From Clostridia bacterium (GTDB lineage Bacteria; Bacillota; Clostridia; Oscillospirales; CAG-272): 64,000 nucleotides of DNA. A program made the position numbers and the translations under genes. Location of the stretch: NCBI GenBank assembly GCA_017621695.1, contig JAGASP010000070.1, positions 126-64,125 on the forward strand. Reading direction: 5' to 3'. The notes beneath the pieces were generated by a model. The model saw nothing but the letters and a program-made list of their open reading frames with translations, had not been told where the DNA came from and did not search any database. This document shows, piece after piece, positions 36,739 to 46,152 of the stretch. The first letter of the stretch is position 1. Each line of letters begins with the position of its first letter.

Positions 36739-36795
36739 CCGTGAATGGCATCATTCAAAAATCAAACGACAACAAAACGACGAAAGGACGTACAT

Positions 36796-38244
36796 ATGGC
36801 AAAAAAGATTCTTTTTGTAGGCGCTGAGGTCATGCCTTTTGCCGCAACCGGCGGTCTTGGCGACGTGATGGGTTCTCTGCCCGCTGCTCTCAAGGCCAAA
36901 TACGGCGAAGCCGTTGACGTGCGCGTGGTCGTACCGCTGTACGCCGCCGTGACTGAGGCAGTCAGAGCGCAGATGACCTTGGAAAAGACGTTTACGGTAC
37001 AGCTTGCATGGCGCAACCAGTACTGCGGCGTATATTCCCTTGTCAAGGACGGCGTCACCTTCTATTTTATCGACAATGAATTTTACTTCAAGCGCGACAA
37101 GCTCTACGGTCACGGCGATGACGGTGAGCGTTACGCTTATTTCTGCCGCGCGGTTCTGGAGATGATGGATCGCCTCGACTATTATCCCGATATCCTTCAC
37201 GCCAACGACTGGCAGGCGGCTCTGTCTGTCGTGTATCTCAAGACCAAGTATGCGTGGAATGAGAAATACGCTGCCATCAAGACGGTATTCACCATCCACA
37301 ACATCGAATATCAGGGTCAGTATGACTTTGCCATGCTGGGCGATGTGTTTGACATCGGCGCTGAGCATTATACCCTCATGGCCTATGACGGATGTATCAA
37401 CCTCTGCAAGGCCGCCATTGAATGCGCTGACCGTGTCTCCACCGTCAGCCCCACCTATGCGCATGAGATCATGACCCCCACCTACTCTCATCGCCTGCAC
37501 TTCATTCTGGCACGCAACAGCCACAAGGTACTGGGTATCCTCAACGGCATCGACGTAGACTTCTACAATCCAGCCGTTGACGGGGATATTCCTGCCCTGT
37601 ATTCCGCCGCAGACAGAAGCGGCAAAACCGAATGCAAGCTGGCTTTCCAGCGTGAATACTGTCTCCCTGAGGACAAAGACGCGCCCATCATCGCTGTCAT
37701 TTCCCGTCTGGCCTCCCACAAGGGTATCGACCTGATCTCGGGTGTGCTTCGTCACGTTCTGGATATGCACCCCAAGGCACAATTTGTCGTGCTCGGCACG
37801 GGCGAAGGTCAGTATGAGGCCTATTTCCGCCAGTTGGAAAACGATTACAAAGAAAGAGTTCGCTCCTTCATTACTTACAACAGAGCGCTATCCAAGAAGA
37901 TCTATGCAGCCGCAGACATCTTCTTGATGCCCTCTCGCTCCGAGCCCTGCGGTCTCTCCCAGATGATCGCCTGCCGCTACGGTACTGTTCCCGTGGTGCG
38001 CGAAACGGGCGGCCTTTACGACTCCATCAAGCCTTATTATGAGGATGAAGCAGGCCCACACGGCAATGGCTTCACCTTTGCCAACTACAACGCCTCCGAG
38101 CTGGAGGAGCGCACCTCTGCCGCCCTCTATCTCTACGAGAAGTTCCCCGAAAAATTCGCGGCGTTGGTGGATCGCGCCATGACCACCGACTTCTCTTGGA
38201 ACGTGTCGGCTGAGAAATACATGGAGATGTACGACGGCATTTGA
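36796..38244 (+). CDS. glgA: Glycogen synthase
   Basis: Start MAKKILFVGAEVMPFAATGGLGDV (the K-x-GGL region typical of GlgA). Confidence 0.92.
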   Translation: MAKKILFVGAEVMPFAATGGLGDVMGSLPAALKAKYGEAVDVRVVVPLYAAVTEAVRAQMTLEKTFTVQLAWRNQYCGVYSLVKDGVTFYFIDNEFYFKRDKLYGHGDDGERYAYFCRAVLEMMDRLDYYPDILHANDWQAALSVVYLKTKYAWNEKYAAIKTVFTIHNIEYQGQYDFAMLGDVFDIGAEHYTLMAYDGCINLCKAAIECADRVSTVSPTYAHEIMTPTYSHRLHFILARNSHKVLGILNGIDVDFYNPAVDGDIPALYSAADRSGKTECKLAFQREYCLPEDKDAPIIAVISRLASHKGIDLISGVLRHVLDMHPKAQFVVLGTGEGQYEAYFRQLENDYKERVRSFITYNRALSKKIYAAADIFLMPSRSEPCGLSQMIACRYGTVPVVRETGGLYDSIKPYYEDEAGPHGNGFTFANYNASELEERTSAALYLYEKFPEKFAALVDRAMTTDFSWNVSAEKYMEMYDGI

Positions 38245-38256
38245 TATCTGTACAAA

Positions 38257-38288
38257 GCGGCTGCCTTGGGTAGCCGTTTTGTCTTTTG
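38257..38288 (+). terminator. Rho-independent terminator of the glg operon
   Basis: gcggctgcc / ggtagccgt stem (with G-T wobbles) followed by ttttgtctttt. Confidence 0.6.
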
Positions 38289-38297
38289 CGGAGGGAG

Positions 38298-38770
38298 AGC
38301 GAGGGGCTCTGCCCCTGACCCCCGCTGAAACCCTTCTGAGAGAGAACGAGGGGCTCTGCCCCTGACCCCCGCTCAAGGAACTTTTAAAAAAGTTCCTTGA
38401 GAATCCTCAAAACTCAAAAATGATTTTTCTATGTTTTTAAGTTTTGGGAGTTCTTAGAACCTTTTTTCAAAAAGGTTCTGCGCCGCCCGGGGTACACGCC
38501 ACGCACTCCCTATTGAAACCTTCCTTGAAAGAAGGGTTTATAAATCCCAAGAACTTTTAAATATGCTTTTTAAAGTTTTGGGAGTTCTTAGAACCTTTTT
38601 TCAAAAAGGTTCTAAGCCGCCGGAGGCACACTTCCCCCACTCCCTATTGAAAGTCTCCCCAAAAGAAGGATTTCAAAATTCCAAGAACTTTTAATTTGCT
38701 TTTTAAAGTTTTGGGAGTTCTTAGAACCTTTTTTCAAAAAGGTTCTAAGCCGCCGGAGGCACACATCCTC
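38298..38770. repeat. Array A: family A head elements followed by ~133-134-bp tandem units (alternating forward/reverse palindromic modules)
   Basis: Unit landmark gttttgggagttcttagaacc at 38441, 38574 and 38708. The 14-bp palindrome cttagaaccttttt/aaaaaggttctaag occurs in the full-length units; the first unit of each array has a shorter version ending ggttctgcg. Confidence 0.85.
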
Positions 38771-38805
38771 CGACAAAACGCAATTTCCCTGAAAGGATTT
38801 ACCAC

Positions 38806-40200
38806 ATGAAATATAACGTTATCATCATCGGCGCAGGCCCGGGTGGAATTTTCTCCGCCTATGAGCTATCCCGTCTGCAGCCCGAGTTAAGGGTGGCCGT
38901 ATTTGAATCCGGTCACGCGCTCCACAAACGCAAATGTCCCATCGACGGCAATAAGATCAAATCCTGCATCGGCTGCAAAAGCTGCTCTATCATGAGCGGT
39001 TTCGGCGGTGCGGGTGCCTTTTCCGACGGTAAATACAATATCACCAACGATTTCGGCGGCACGCTACACGAATATATCGGCAAAAAGCAAGCGCTCGACC
39101 TCATGAAATACGTCGATGACATCAACATGGCCTACGGTGGTGCGGGCACCAAGCTGTATTCCACCGCAGGAACCAAATTCAAGACCCTCTGTGTGCAAAA
39201 CGATCTGCACCTTCTGGACGCATCCGTCCGCCATCTCGGCACCGACATCAACTATGTCGTGCTGGAAAATCTCTATAACGAGCTGAAGGACAAGATAGAC
39301 TTTTATTTTGACACCCCCGTTGTGTCAGTCGCGGCAACAGACGGAGGCTACCGCATCATTTGCGAGGATCGGGAATACGAGTGCGAAAAGTGCATCATTT
39401 CGGTGGGGCGCAGCGGCAGTAAGTGGATGGAAAAGGTATGCAAGGAGATGAACATTCCATCCAAGTCCAACCGTGTGGATATCGGCGTGCGCGTTGAGCT
39501 TCCCGCCGAGGTTTTCGCCCACATCACCGACGAGCTTTATGAAAGCAAGATCGTATACCGCACCCCGAAATACGAAGACCGCGTCCGCACCTTCTGCATG
39601 AACCCTCGGGGGGCTGTGGTCAACGAGAATACGGGCGGCATCATCACGGTCAACGGTCACAGCTATGAGGATCCCGAAAAGCAGACCCAGAACACCAACT
39701 TTGCCCTGCTGGTAGCCAAGCATTTCTCGGAGCCCTTCAAGGATTCCAACGGCTACGGCGAATCCATCGCACGGCTCAGCAATATGCTGGGCGGCGGTGT
39801 CATCATGCAGCGTTTTGGCGACCTCATCCGCGGTCAACGCTCCACGCAATCCCGCATTGATGAGGCATTCATCACCCCCACCCTCCACGCCACACCGGGC
39901 GATCTCAGTCTGGTGCTCCCCAAGCGCATCCTCGACGGTATCATTGAAATGATCTACGCCCTTGATAAGATCGCACCCGGCACGGCCAACGACGATACCC
40001 TTCTGTACGGCGTGGAAGTCAAGTTCTACAATATGGAGGTGGCCGTCAACGAGCATCTGGAGACCGCCTATCAAGGGCTGTACGTCATCGGCGACGGCAG
40101 CGGCATCACCCATTCCCTCTCCCACGCGTCCGCCAGCGGCGTTTTTGTGGCGAGAGAGATCGCACGCATATGTAGGGGGAACGAGGGGCTCTGCCCCTGA
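38806..40200 (+). CDS. FAD-dependent oxidoreductase of uncharacterised function (COG2509-like)
   Basis: N-terminal dinucleotide fold NVIIIGAGPGGIFSAYEL. 464 aa. The last ~7 codons and the stop lie inside a family A repeat. Confidence 0.75.
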   Translation: MKYNVIIIGAGPGGIFSAYELSRLQPELRVAVFESGHALHKRKCPIDGNKIKSCIGCKSCSIMSGFGGAGAFSDGKYNITNDFGGTLHEYIGKKQALDLMKYVDDINMAYGGAGTKLYSTAGTKFKTLCVQNDLHLLDASVRHLGTDINYVVLENLYNELKDKIDFYFDTPVVSVAATDGGYRIICEDREYECEKCIISVGRSGSKWMEKVCKEMNIPSKSNRVDIGVRVELPAEVFAHITDELYESKIVYRTPKYEDRVRTFCMNPRGAVVNENTGGIITVNGHSYEDPEKQTQNTNFALLVAKHFSEPFKDSNGYGESIARLSNMLGGGVIMQRFGDLIRGQRSTQSRIDEAFITPTLHATPGDLSLVLPKRILDGIIEMIYALDKIAPGTANDDTLLYGVEVKFYNMEVAVNEHLETAYQGLYVIGDGSGITHSLSHASASGVFVAREIARICRGNEGLCP

Positions 40201-40745
40201 CCCCCGCTCAAGGAACTTTTGAAAAAGTTCCTTGAGAATCCTCAAAACTTAAAAATGATTTCTCTATGTTTTTTAAGTTTTGGGAGTTCTTAGAACCTTT
40301 TTTCAAAAAGGTTCTGCGCCGCCCGGGGCACACTTCCCCTACTCTCTATTGAATGTCTCCCCAAAAGAAGGATTTCAAAATCCCAAGAACTTTTAAATAT
40401 GCTTTTTAAAGTTTCAGGAGTTCTTAGAACCTTTTTTCAAAAAGGTTCTAAGCCGCCGGAGGCACACTTCCCCCACTCTCTATTGAAAGCTTCCCTAAAA
40501 AAGGTTGCAAAATCCCAAGAACTTTTAATTTGCTTTTTAAAGTTTTGGGAGTTCTTAGAACCTTTTTTCAAAAAGGTTCTAAGCCGCCGGAGGCACACTT
40601 CCCCCACTCCCTATTGAAAGTCTCCCCAAAAGAAGGATTTCAAAATCCCAAGAACTTTTAATTTGCTTTTTAAAGTTTTGGGAGTTCTTAGAACCTTTTT
40701 TCAAAAAGGTTCTAAGACGCCGGAGGCACGCGCCCCGCCCTTCAA
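40178..40745. repeat. Array B: the same head element and four ~131-134-bp tandem units, same orientation as array A
   Basis: Unit landmark at 40277, 40411, 40542 and 40675. The unit at 40542 differs from the array A unit at 38574 by about one nucleotide. Confidence 0.85.
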
Positions 40746-40786
40746 TGAAAAAACAGGTCTGCTCACCGTAGCAGACCTGTTTTTCA
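40745..40786. terminator. Bidirectional rho-independent terminator
   Basis: caggtctgc / gcagacctg stem flanked by an A-run upstream and ttttt downstream. Confidence 0.75.
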
Positions 40787-40791
40787 TTGGA

Positions 40792-41595
40792 TTATAGGCA
40801 AAAATGCATGAAGCGCATGACCTCATAATAATCGTCCGACTCGAATTTTACGGTCTTGGCATCCACCGACTCAGCACCCGGATAGAAGGAGTATTTGTGG
40901 GCAGTATTCCAGTCCTTGTACTCCACCGTCAGCTCGAAGTAAGGAGGCAAGGGCAAATAGCAATCCGAGAGATCCTTCTTGGACAGAGCCGCGCTCATGG
41001 CCGCCTTGATCTCGTCGCAGACCACCTCGGGATGGCGAGAGATGACCGCCGAGCCGTGACCCTGCTTGGCCACCACCGTGGTGATGCCGGGGATCAGATC
41101 CTTGGCATAGTCGCACAGCGCCTCGTCGCCCGACAGGAACACGATGGGAATGTTCCGATAGGCGGCCATGTAGGCGTTGATGAGAAATTCGGGGCAGGGC
41201 TCGCCGTTGAGGGTGACCCGCTGGACGCTTCTCGTCATGGTATGGGACAGGGGATTGCCCGCGTTGACGGCTTCGCTGTGGTAGCCCGTGAAGGCCACGG
41301 CGGCATAGTCGTCTTGGTCGATGCCCCCCATCATGCAGTACAGATCCCGCGCCCAGCCACGGATGAGGGTGGCAGACTTGGGCAGTCCCATGGGGTCGAT
41401 GTTGCGGGCGGAATCGTGTGCGTCCTTGACGGTGGTGACATATCCGGCATTCTCCGCGCCTTGGATAGCAGCGGTGACCTCGGCGGTCATACGCTGACGG
41501 AAATAGTCGTAACCCCTGCCGTCTGCGTCGGTCTCCTCCCACGCGGTGATGCCGCAGGTGCCTTCAATGTCGGCGCTGATGAATAGTTTTTTCAT
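40792..41595 (-). CDS. M55-family D-aminopeptidase (DppA-like)
   Basis: Start MKKLFISADIEGTCGI with a GGAGGATAT RBS. Overall DppA-like sequence. Confidence 0.8.
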   Translation of the reverse strand: MKKLFISADIEGTCGITAWEETDADGRGYDYFRQRMTAEVTAAIQGAENAGYVTTVKDAHDSARNIDPMGLPKSATLIRGWARDLYCMMGGIDQDDYAAVAFTGYHSEAVNAGNPLSHTMTRSVQRVTLNGEPCPEFLINAYMAAYRNIPIVFLSGDEALCDYAKDLIPGITTVVAKQGHGSAVISRHPEVVCDEIKAAMSAALSKKDLSDCYLPLPPYFELTVEYKDWNTAHKYSFYPGAESVDAKTVKFESDDYYEVMRFMHFCL

Positions 41596-41616
41596 GGTGA
41601 TATCCTCCAAATGTGA

Positions 41617-43239
41617 TCAGATTTTTCCGTGGAGTAAGGAATCATAGGAGAGCCCGTATTTCTCCGCAATGCGGGAAGCGTAGCTTTTGCCGTCGGGAGG
41701 ACGGCGGGTGATAGAAAAACGAATGTCGCCCAGCCCCGAGCCTGCCACCAAGGTGTCCACGCGAGAACGGGTTTTGGGATTTTGGTTAATTTCGGGTATG
41801 CGGGCGGTCAATTCGTGCATATGGGTGCAATAAATCGCGTGAGTTCCCAACGCCGCCAATGCACCTACGGTATCCGCCGCCAGATAAGAGCCTTCGTATG
41901 AGCTGGTGCCCGAGAAGGTCTCATCCAAAAGCACCAACGAATGAGGCGTGAGCTTTTGAAAGATCTCCTTCATGCGCTGACACTCACTTCCCAACCGACC
42001 GTCCTCGGTGGAGCCCTTGATATCCTGGGCAAAGTGGGTAAAGATCCCCTTTACGGGGCTTATGACCGCAACTCGCGCAGGAACAGGAAGTCCCAACTGG
42101 AACATGACCTGAGCGATGCCCACCCCGCAGGTAAACACGCTCTTGCCGCCGCTGTTAGGGCCTGTCAGTATAAAAATACGTCCCTCATCATCAAAATTCA
42201 CATCATTGTAGACCATGCGTTTGCTGATGGACGTGGGAGAATCGTTGTCTTTGAGCTTCATGGCCATCGCGGGATTGTAAAGCCCTTCGACGGAAAATCG
42301 CTTTTCTTCGGTAGGTCTGATCTCCGCCCAGCAGAGGGGCAGTCCGCTGTCCTTGAGACTTTGGAGCATATCTGCTGCGGCGCAGAGGAATTGAAGTTCG
42401 GGGAGCAGGCGCAACCACTCACAGCCACCCGAAGCCATGTATTGCTTAACCGAGGGAGCCCAGGAGCGGAGCAATCCCCCATACACCTTCTTCATAGCGC
42501 TCATAAACACCATGTCCACGCTGGCTTTTTCTCTGGGCGTCAATCGTTTGGAAACGGCCGTCATGGGAGCAAGAGCCGTCATGTCACCCTTGGCAAGCTC
42601 AAAATTCAAGAGACGGTCTATGAGCTCCCCCGAGCGCACAGGCTCGGTATTGATGGCGAGAAGTCCCGCCTCATAGGGAGACAATTCGGAATCCAGATTA
42701 AAAGCCACGGTCACGCTTTTGATGCGTTGGATAGAGGTAGTCATGTGCGCTACGCCTTGGCGGAGTTTTTCACACGAAGGAACACGCGCCCGTACACTTT
42801 CCCGCAAGGCAAGAAGTCCTTGGGATTGCAGAGAAACACCGTCGGCATCCAGCTTATCAAAGCCCTCGGCCAAAAATGTGACCAGATCAAGATATACCTC
42901 CAGCTCGCGGATGCTGTAAAACTGCGCTTCGTAGGAAAGGTTGGGGTTTTCCTTGACCCGCACCAACGCCCCGATCTGCTCTAACCGTTCAACAGCACCG
43001 CGGATAAGCTCTAAAAGCCCGGGATGCCCCATGACCTCGCGAAGGGTGTCTCTACGGTAGGCGATGACCTCCGCGTTGGACGTCAGATAATCCATGATGC
43101 GCACGGTTTTATTATAAAACAGCCAATCCGCGCCCAAGCGGCGGATGAGCTCATTGCTCTCGGAACGGACGAGATCCTTATCGTCATAGCGGTAGCCTTG
43201 CGGATAGATAAGGGAGTAGGTTTCGTTCACGGTTGACAT
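41617..43239 (-). CDS. MutS-related ATPase (MutS domain V only, no mismatch-binding domain)
   Basis: Walker A GPNSGGKS, Walker B LLDETFSGTS and a THMHEL motif in the C-terminal third. Confidence 0.8.
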   Translation of the reverse strand: MSTVNETYSLIYPQGYRYDDKDLVRSESNELIRRLGADWLFYNKTVRIMDYLTSNAEVIAYRRDTLREVMGHPGLLELIRGAVERLEQIGALVRVKENPNLSYEAQFYSIRELEVYLDLVTFLAEGFDKLDADGVSLQSQGLLALRESVRARVPSCEKLRQGVAHMTTSIQRIKSVTVAFNLDSELSPYEAGLLAINTEPVRSGELIDRLLNFELAKGDMTALAPMTAVSKRLTPREKASVDMVFMSAMKKVYGGLLRSWAPSVKQYMASGGCEWLRLLPELQFLCAAADMLQSLKDSGLPLCWAEIRPTEEKRFSVEGLYNPAMAMKLKDNDSPTSISKRMVYNDVNFDDEGRIFILTGPNSGGKSVFTCGVGIAQVMFQLGLPVPARVAVISPVKGIFTHFAQDIKGSTEDGRLGSECQRMKEIFQKLTPHSLVLLDETFSGTSSYEGSYLAADTVGALAALGTHAIYCTHMHELTARIPEINQNPKTRSRVDTLVAGSGLGDIRFSITRRPPDGKSYASRIAEKYGLSYDSLLHGKI

Positions 43240-43249
43240 TTCCTCCTTT

Positions 43250-43549
43250 TCATAACATGATGAGCCATAAAACTGCTTCCCGTATCATCCGCCCCAAAAC
43301 ATAAGCGGGAATAAAGCTGAGAGCGAGAATGATATAAAGAGAGGCGGCCTTATAAAAAAGCTGCCAAACAGGGAGAAATTTCAAGCTGAGCCACAGAACC
43401 ATGAGCCAACAAAAAACAGAAAAAATCAGAAAAAGTCCCGAGCCCACAAGACAACCCGCAAATTCAAACAACCACAGAATAAAGATACGCTTGGCCAAGG
43501 CGAAGCGGGGAATGCAAACGTACCCTATGCGCTCTTCGCTGATTTCCAT
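43250..43549 (-). CDS. Small hydrophobic membrane protein (about 3 TM segments), unknown function
   Basis: 99-aa ORF lying 10 nt upstream of the MutS-related gene on the same strand. Confidence 0.5.
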   Translation of the reverse strand: MEISEERIGYVCIPRFALAKRIFILWLFEFAGCLVGSGLFLIFSVFCWLMVLWLSLKFLPVWQLFYKAASLYIILALSFIPAYVLGRMIREAVLWLIML

Positions 43550-43696
43550 ACCGTGCTCCTTTCTGTGGATTCATATGAAGGGGATCCCCTTTAGGCTTAT
43601 CATAGCACATAGGGGAATTTTTGTCAATCATGTATAACAAGAGCGGAAGACAACCTGTGATTGAAACAAGACATCCGTGTCGTGATTGGATCCCGA

Positions 43697-44446
43697 CTAA
43701 GCGTTCAATTCCAATCGTATCAGCTCAGTCACACTCGCCACCGTCCGATCCGAGACCCGCTTGACCTCCTCCACGCCGTTTTCCATGGCGTAGGAGCGGA
43801 AGGCTTTCAGCATATCCAAATCATTGAGGTTATCGCCCACAGCAAGAATATTCTCCTCGGGCTGACCGTACAGAGCAGCCAATTTCCGCAATCCCTCGGC
43901 TTTGTTGACAGTGGGGGCGACGATATCAATGCAGATGCCGTTCTGCAGGGGATTGAGACGGCCACGGTAGTTTTCCTTCACCTTTTGCGTCACGGCTTCT
44001 GCCTCGGCGTAGGTCTCCAACTGTACGCCGACCTGATAAAACCAAGGGAAGTCTTGAGGAAAGTCGGAAAATGCACACTCCCCTTCACGCATGGGATCGC
44101 CGTCCTTACGCACCGTATAGCCTTTCGGGCCGGTTACATAGACGAAGGGGCACCCCCACGCCAAAAGATCAGCGATCAGATCAAGGACAGATACACCGTC
44201 GCACACCGTGGTATCCAAGATCTTCCCCTCGGCATTCACAATAAAAGCACCGTTGTAGGCCACCAGAAAATCCATGTTCAGCGCCGGATACTGTGCCCGA
44301 AGATTTTGCAAAAAGCCGGGGCCGCGGCCGCTGACCAAGCCGAACAGATGTCCTGCCCGACGCCACGTGTCAATGGCTTCACATTTGGTCTGATCGACAC
44401 CGCCGTAATTGAGGGTGCCGTCAAAATCACTACCCAGAATTTTCAC
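43697..44446 (-). CDS. Cof-type HAD-IIB phosphatase
   Basis: Motif I SDFDGTL and motif IV GDNLNDLDML. Confidence 0.85.
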   Translation of the reverse strand: MKILGSDFDGTLNYGGVDQTKCEAIDTWRRAGHLFGLVSGRGPGFLQNLRAQYPALNMDFLVAYNGAFIVNAEGKILDTTVCDGVSVLDLIADLLAWGCPFVYVTGPKGYTVRKDGDPMREGECAFSDFPQDFPWFYQVGVQLETYAEAEAVTQKVKENYRGRLNPLQNGICIDIVAPTVNKAEGLRKLAALYGQPEENILAVGDNLNDLDMLKAFRSYAMENGVEEVKRVSDRTVASVTELIRLELNA

Positions 44447-44464
44447 GTCTGTTGCCTCGTAAAA

Positions 44465-44974
44465 TTACAGGATGGTCACGGTATGCTCCATGGGATACCG
44501 CTCAAAATGTCTCGGCCCGGGGGCGGCATCCTCGGTGGGATAGCCCAAGGCCAGGAGGATATAGGGAGTCAGATTTTCGGGCAGGTCAAAGGCCTTCGCC
44601 ATGGCAGGCACGTCAAAGGCGCAGATCCAGCAGGAACCCACGCCCAAGGATTGGGCGGCCAGCATCATCTGGGTGGTGACGATGGTGCAATCCATCTCGG
44701 CCATGCAATGATCCACCTTGGGGCGGTTACAGGCCACCTCGGTGTCGCCACAGATCATGAGAACGGTGTTTGCCCCGTAGCACTTCTTGACGGTGCGCAT
44801 CTTTTCAAGAGCTTCTTCGGAGCGGATGACGAAGATCCGCTGGGGCTGGAGATTCATGGCGGTGGGGGCGAGACGGCCTGCCTCTAAAATTTGGTTCAGT
44901 ACCTCGTCGGGGATAGGCGTGTCGGCAAAGCTACGGAGGGAGTAGCGATCAGCGCAGAGTTTTAAAAAATCCAT
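44465..44974 (-). CDS. Nitroreductase-family protein
   Basis: 169 aa. RYSLRSF and LEAGRLAPTAMNLQP segments are typical of the family. Confidence 0.8.
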   Translation of the reverse strand: MDFLKLCADRYSLRSFADTPIPDEVLNQILEAGRLAPTAMNLQPQRIFVIRSEEALEKMRTVKKCYGANTVLMICGDTEVACNRPKVDHCMAEMDCTIVTTQMMLAAQSLGVGSCWICAFDVPAMAKAFDLPENLTPYILLALGYPTEDAAPGPRHFERYPMEHTVTIL

Positions 44975-45004
44975 GGTAGCCTCCTTGGCATTTTGATTTT
45001 GTTA

Positions 45005-45157
45005 AGGCGGATTCCATATCCGCCCGCGAAGATTCTGATTTTGTTGGGGCGGCCGCACCTATGTGTGCGCCTTTTGACTATGGCGTAGGGGAGGCGTTTC
45101 GCCTCCCGTTTGCGCATAAAAGCGTCTATATCGGGAGGGGAAACCCCTCCCCTACGG
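45005..45157. repeat. Cluster of family B GC-rich hairpins
   Basis: ggcggat/atccgcc, gggaggcg/cgcctccc and gggagggg/cccctccc hairpins in 150 nt. Confidence 0.7.
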
Positions 45158-45161
45158 ATAT

Positions 45162-45671
45162 TTAATTCTTCTTTTTGAATACCAGCAGCTTGCTGATGAT
45201 ATAGTTCACTACGATGACAAGAGCAGACACGACCACCTTCGCCCAAAACTCGGCATCCAACTTGACACCCAACAGAGTGGGAGCATTGTCGGGGGTCAGC
45301 CACAGGGAAAGAAGGTGGATAAGCCCGTAGGTGGCGGCCAGATCCAAGAAGAAGGTGAATACGCGGGATCCCGCGAAGAGCCGAAGCTGGCGCCACAGAG
45401 AGCCCTTGCCGTGGTCAGCCTCGGTGAACACCCATTTGCGATTGGTGTAAAAGCAGGACAGCAGAGCCACCAGCCATTGGAGGAGCTGAGCGGTGATATA
45501 GGTCACCGTATAGGCAAAAGCGGTCTTATCCTCCATGGACACATGGAGCAGATACTCGGCCGCTCCGAAAACAGCCAGGTAGGTCAGAAACGCCAGCACC
45601 GAGGTAACCACCCCGAACAAGAGATACAGGGACACCTCGCGGCGGCCGCTGTGAGCGGGCTTCATCGTCAC
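45162..45671 (-). CDS. GtrA-like membrane protein
   Basis: 169 aa with 4 predicted TM segments and a C-terminal ISKLLVFKK, as in the neighbouring paralog. Confidence 0.65.
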   Translation of the reverse strand: MTMKPAHSGRREVSLYLLFGVVTSVLAFLTYLAVFGAAEYLLHVSMEDKTAFAYTVTYITAQLLQWLVALLSCFYTNRKWVFTEADHGKGSLWRQLRLFAGSRVFTFFLDLAATYGLIHLLSLWLTPDNAPTLLGVKLDAEFWAKVVVSALVIVVNYIISKLLVFKKKN

Positions 45672-46138
45672 TCGTTGGCCTGCGAAGCCTCAGCCTCGGC
45701 CGCGGCCTCACGGCGGGTCTTACGGAATACCAAGAGCTTGCTGATGAAGTAGTTGAGGATGACCACCAGCACGGCGGCGATGATCTTGAACACGTACTCG
45801 TTCAGTCCCAACCATGTGCAGAAGATAGCCATGATGGCTTCCTGCAAAAGGAGGGTCAGCACGCGTCCACCCGCAAAGGCGGCGATCTCGTAGATAATGG
45901 GGATGAATCCCTTGCGCTTGCTCTCAAATACCCAAATACGGTTGGTCACGTAGGCAAAGGTCACAGCGGCAACCCAAGCGATAACGTTGGCTCCGTGGAG
46001 CAGGATGGGAGTGGCGTCGATGGCCTCTCCCCAGAAGTAGTAGAGCAGGAAGGACACACTCCAGTCGATCACCGTGGTCAAACCGCCGAAGATGATATAG
46101 AGGATGACACTCTTATGCTTTTTCAGAAATTCCAGCAT
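45668..46138 (-). CDS. GtrA-like membrane protein
   Basis: 156 aa, YIIFGGLTTVIDWSVSF and NYFISKLLVF. Its stop overlaps the start of the downstream paralog by 4 nt. Confidence 0.65.
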   Translation of the reverse strand: MLEFLKKHKSVILYIIFGGLTTVIDWSVSFLLYYFWGEAIDATPILLHGANVIAWVAAVTFAYVTNRIWVFESKRKGFIPIIYEIAAFAGGRVLTLLLQEAIMAIFCTWLGLNEYVFKIIAAVLVVILNYFISKLLVFRKTRREAAAEAEASQANE

Positions 46139-46152
46139 TTTGAACCCTTCCT

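Noticed and set aside
40399-40617. Small ORFs inside repeat DNA: 40399-40617, 33860-34153, 25373-25564, 6620-6881 and 24447-24632.
   Set aside because: Their sequences are simply translations of the palindromic repeat units (for example FFQKGSKPPEAH and GLCP). They have no RBS, and the same peptides arise wherever the repeat occurs in either orientation.
38298-40745. Possible CRISPR arrays, given regularly spaced repeats with a palindromic core on both sides of a gene.
   Set aside because: The whole 131-134-bp unit repeats, including the would-be spacers, which are near-identical between units. The period is far longer than a CRISPR repeat plus spacer. No cas genes are in the window. The modules are the same family A element found singly elsewhere.
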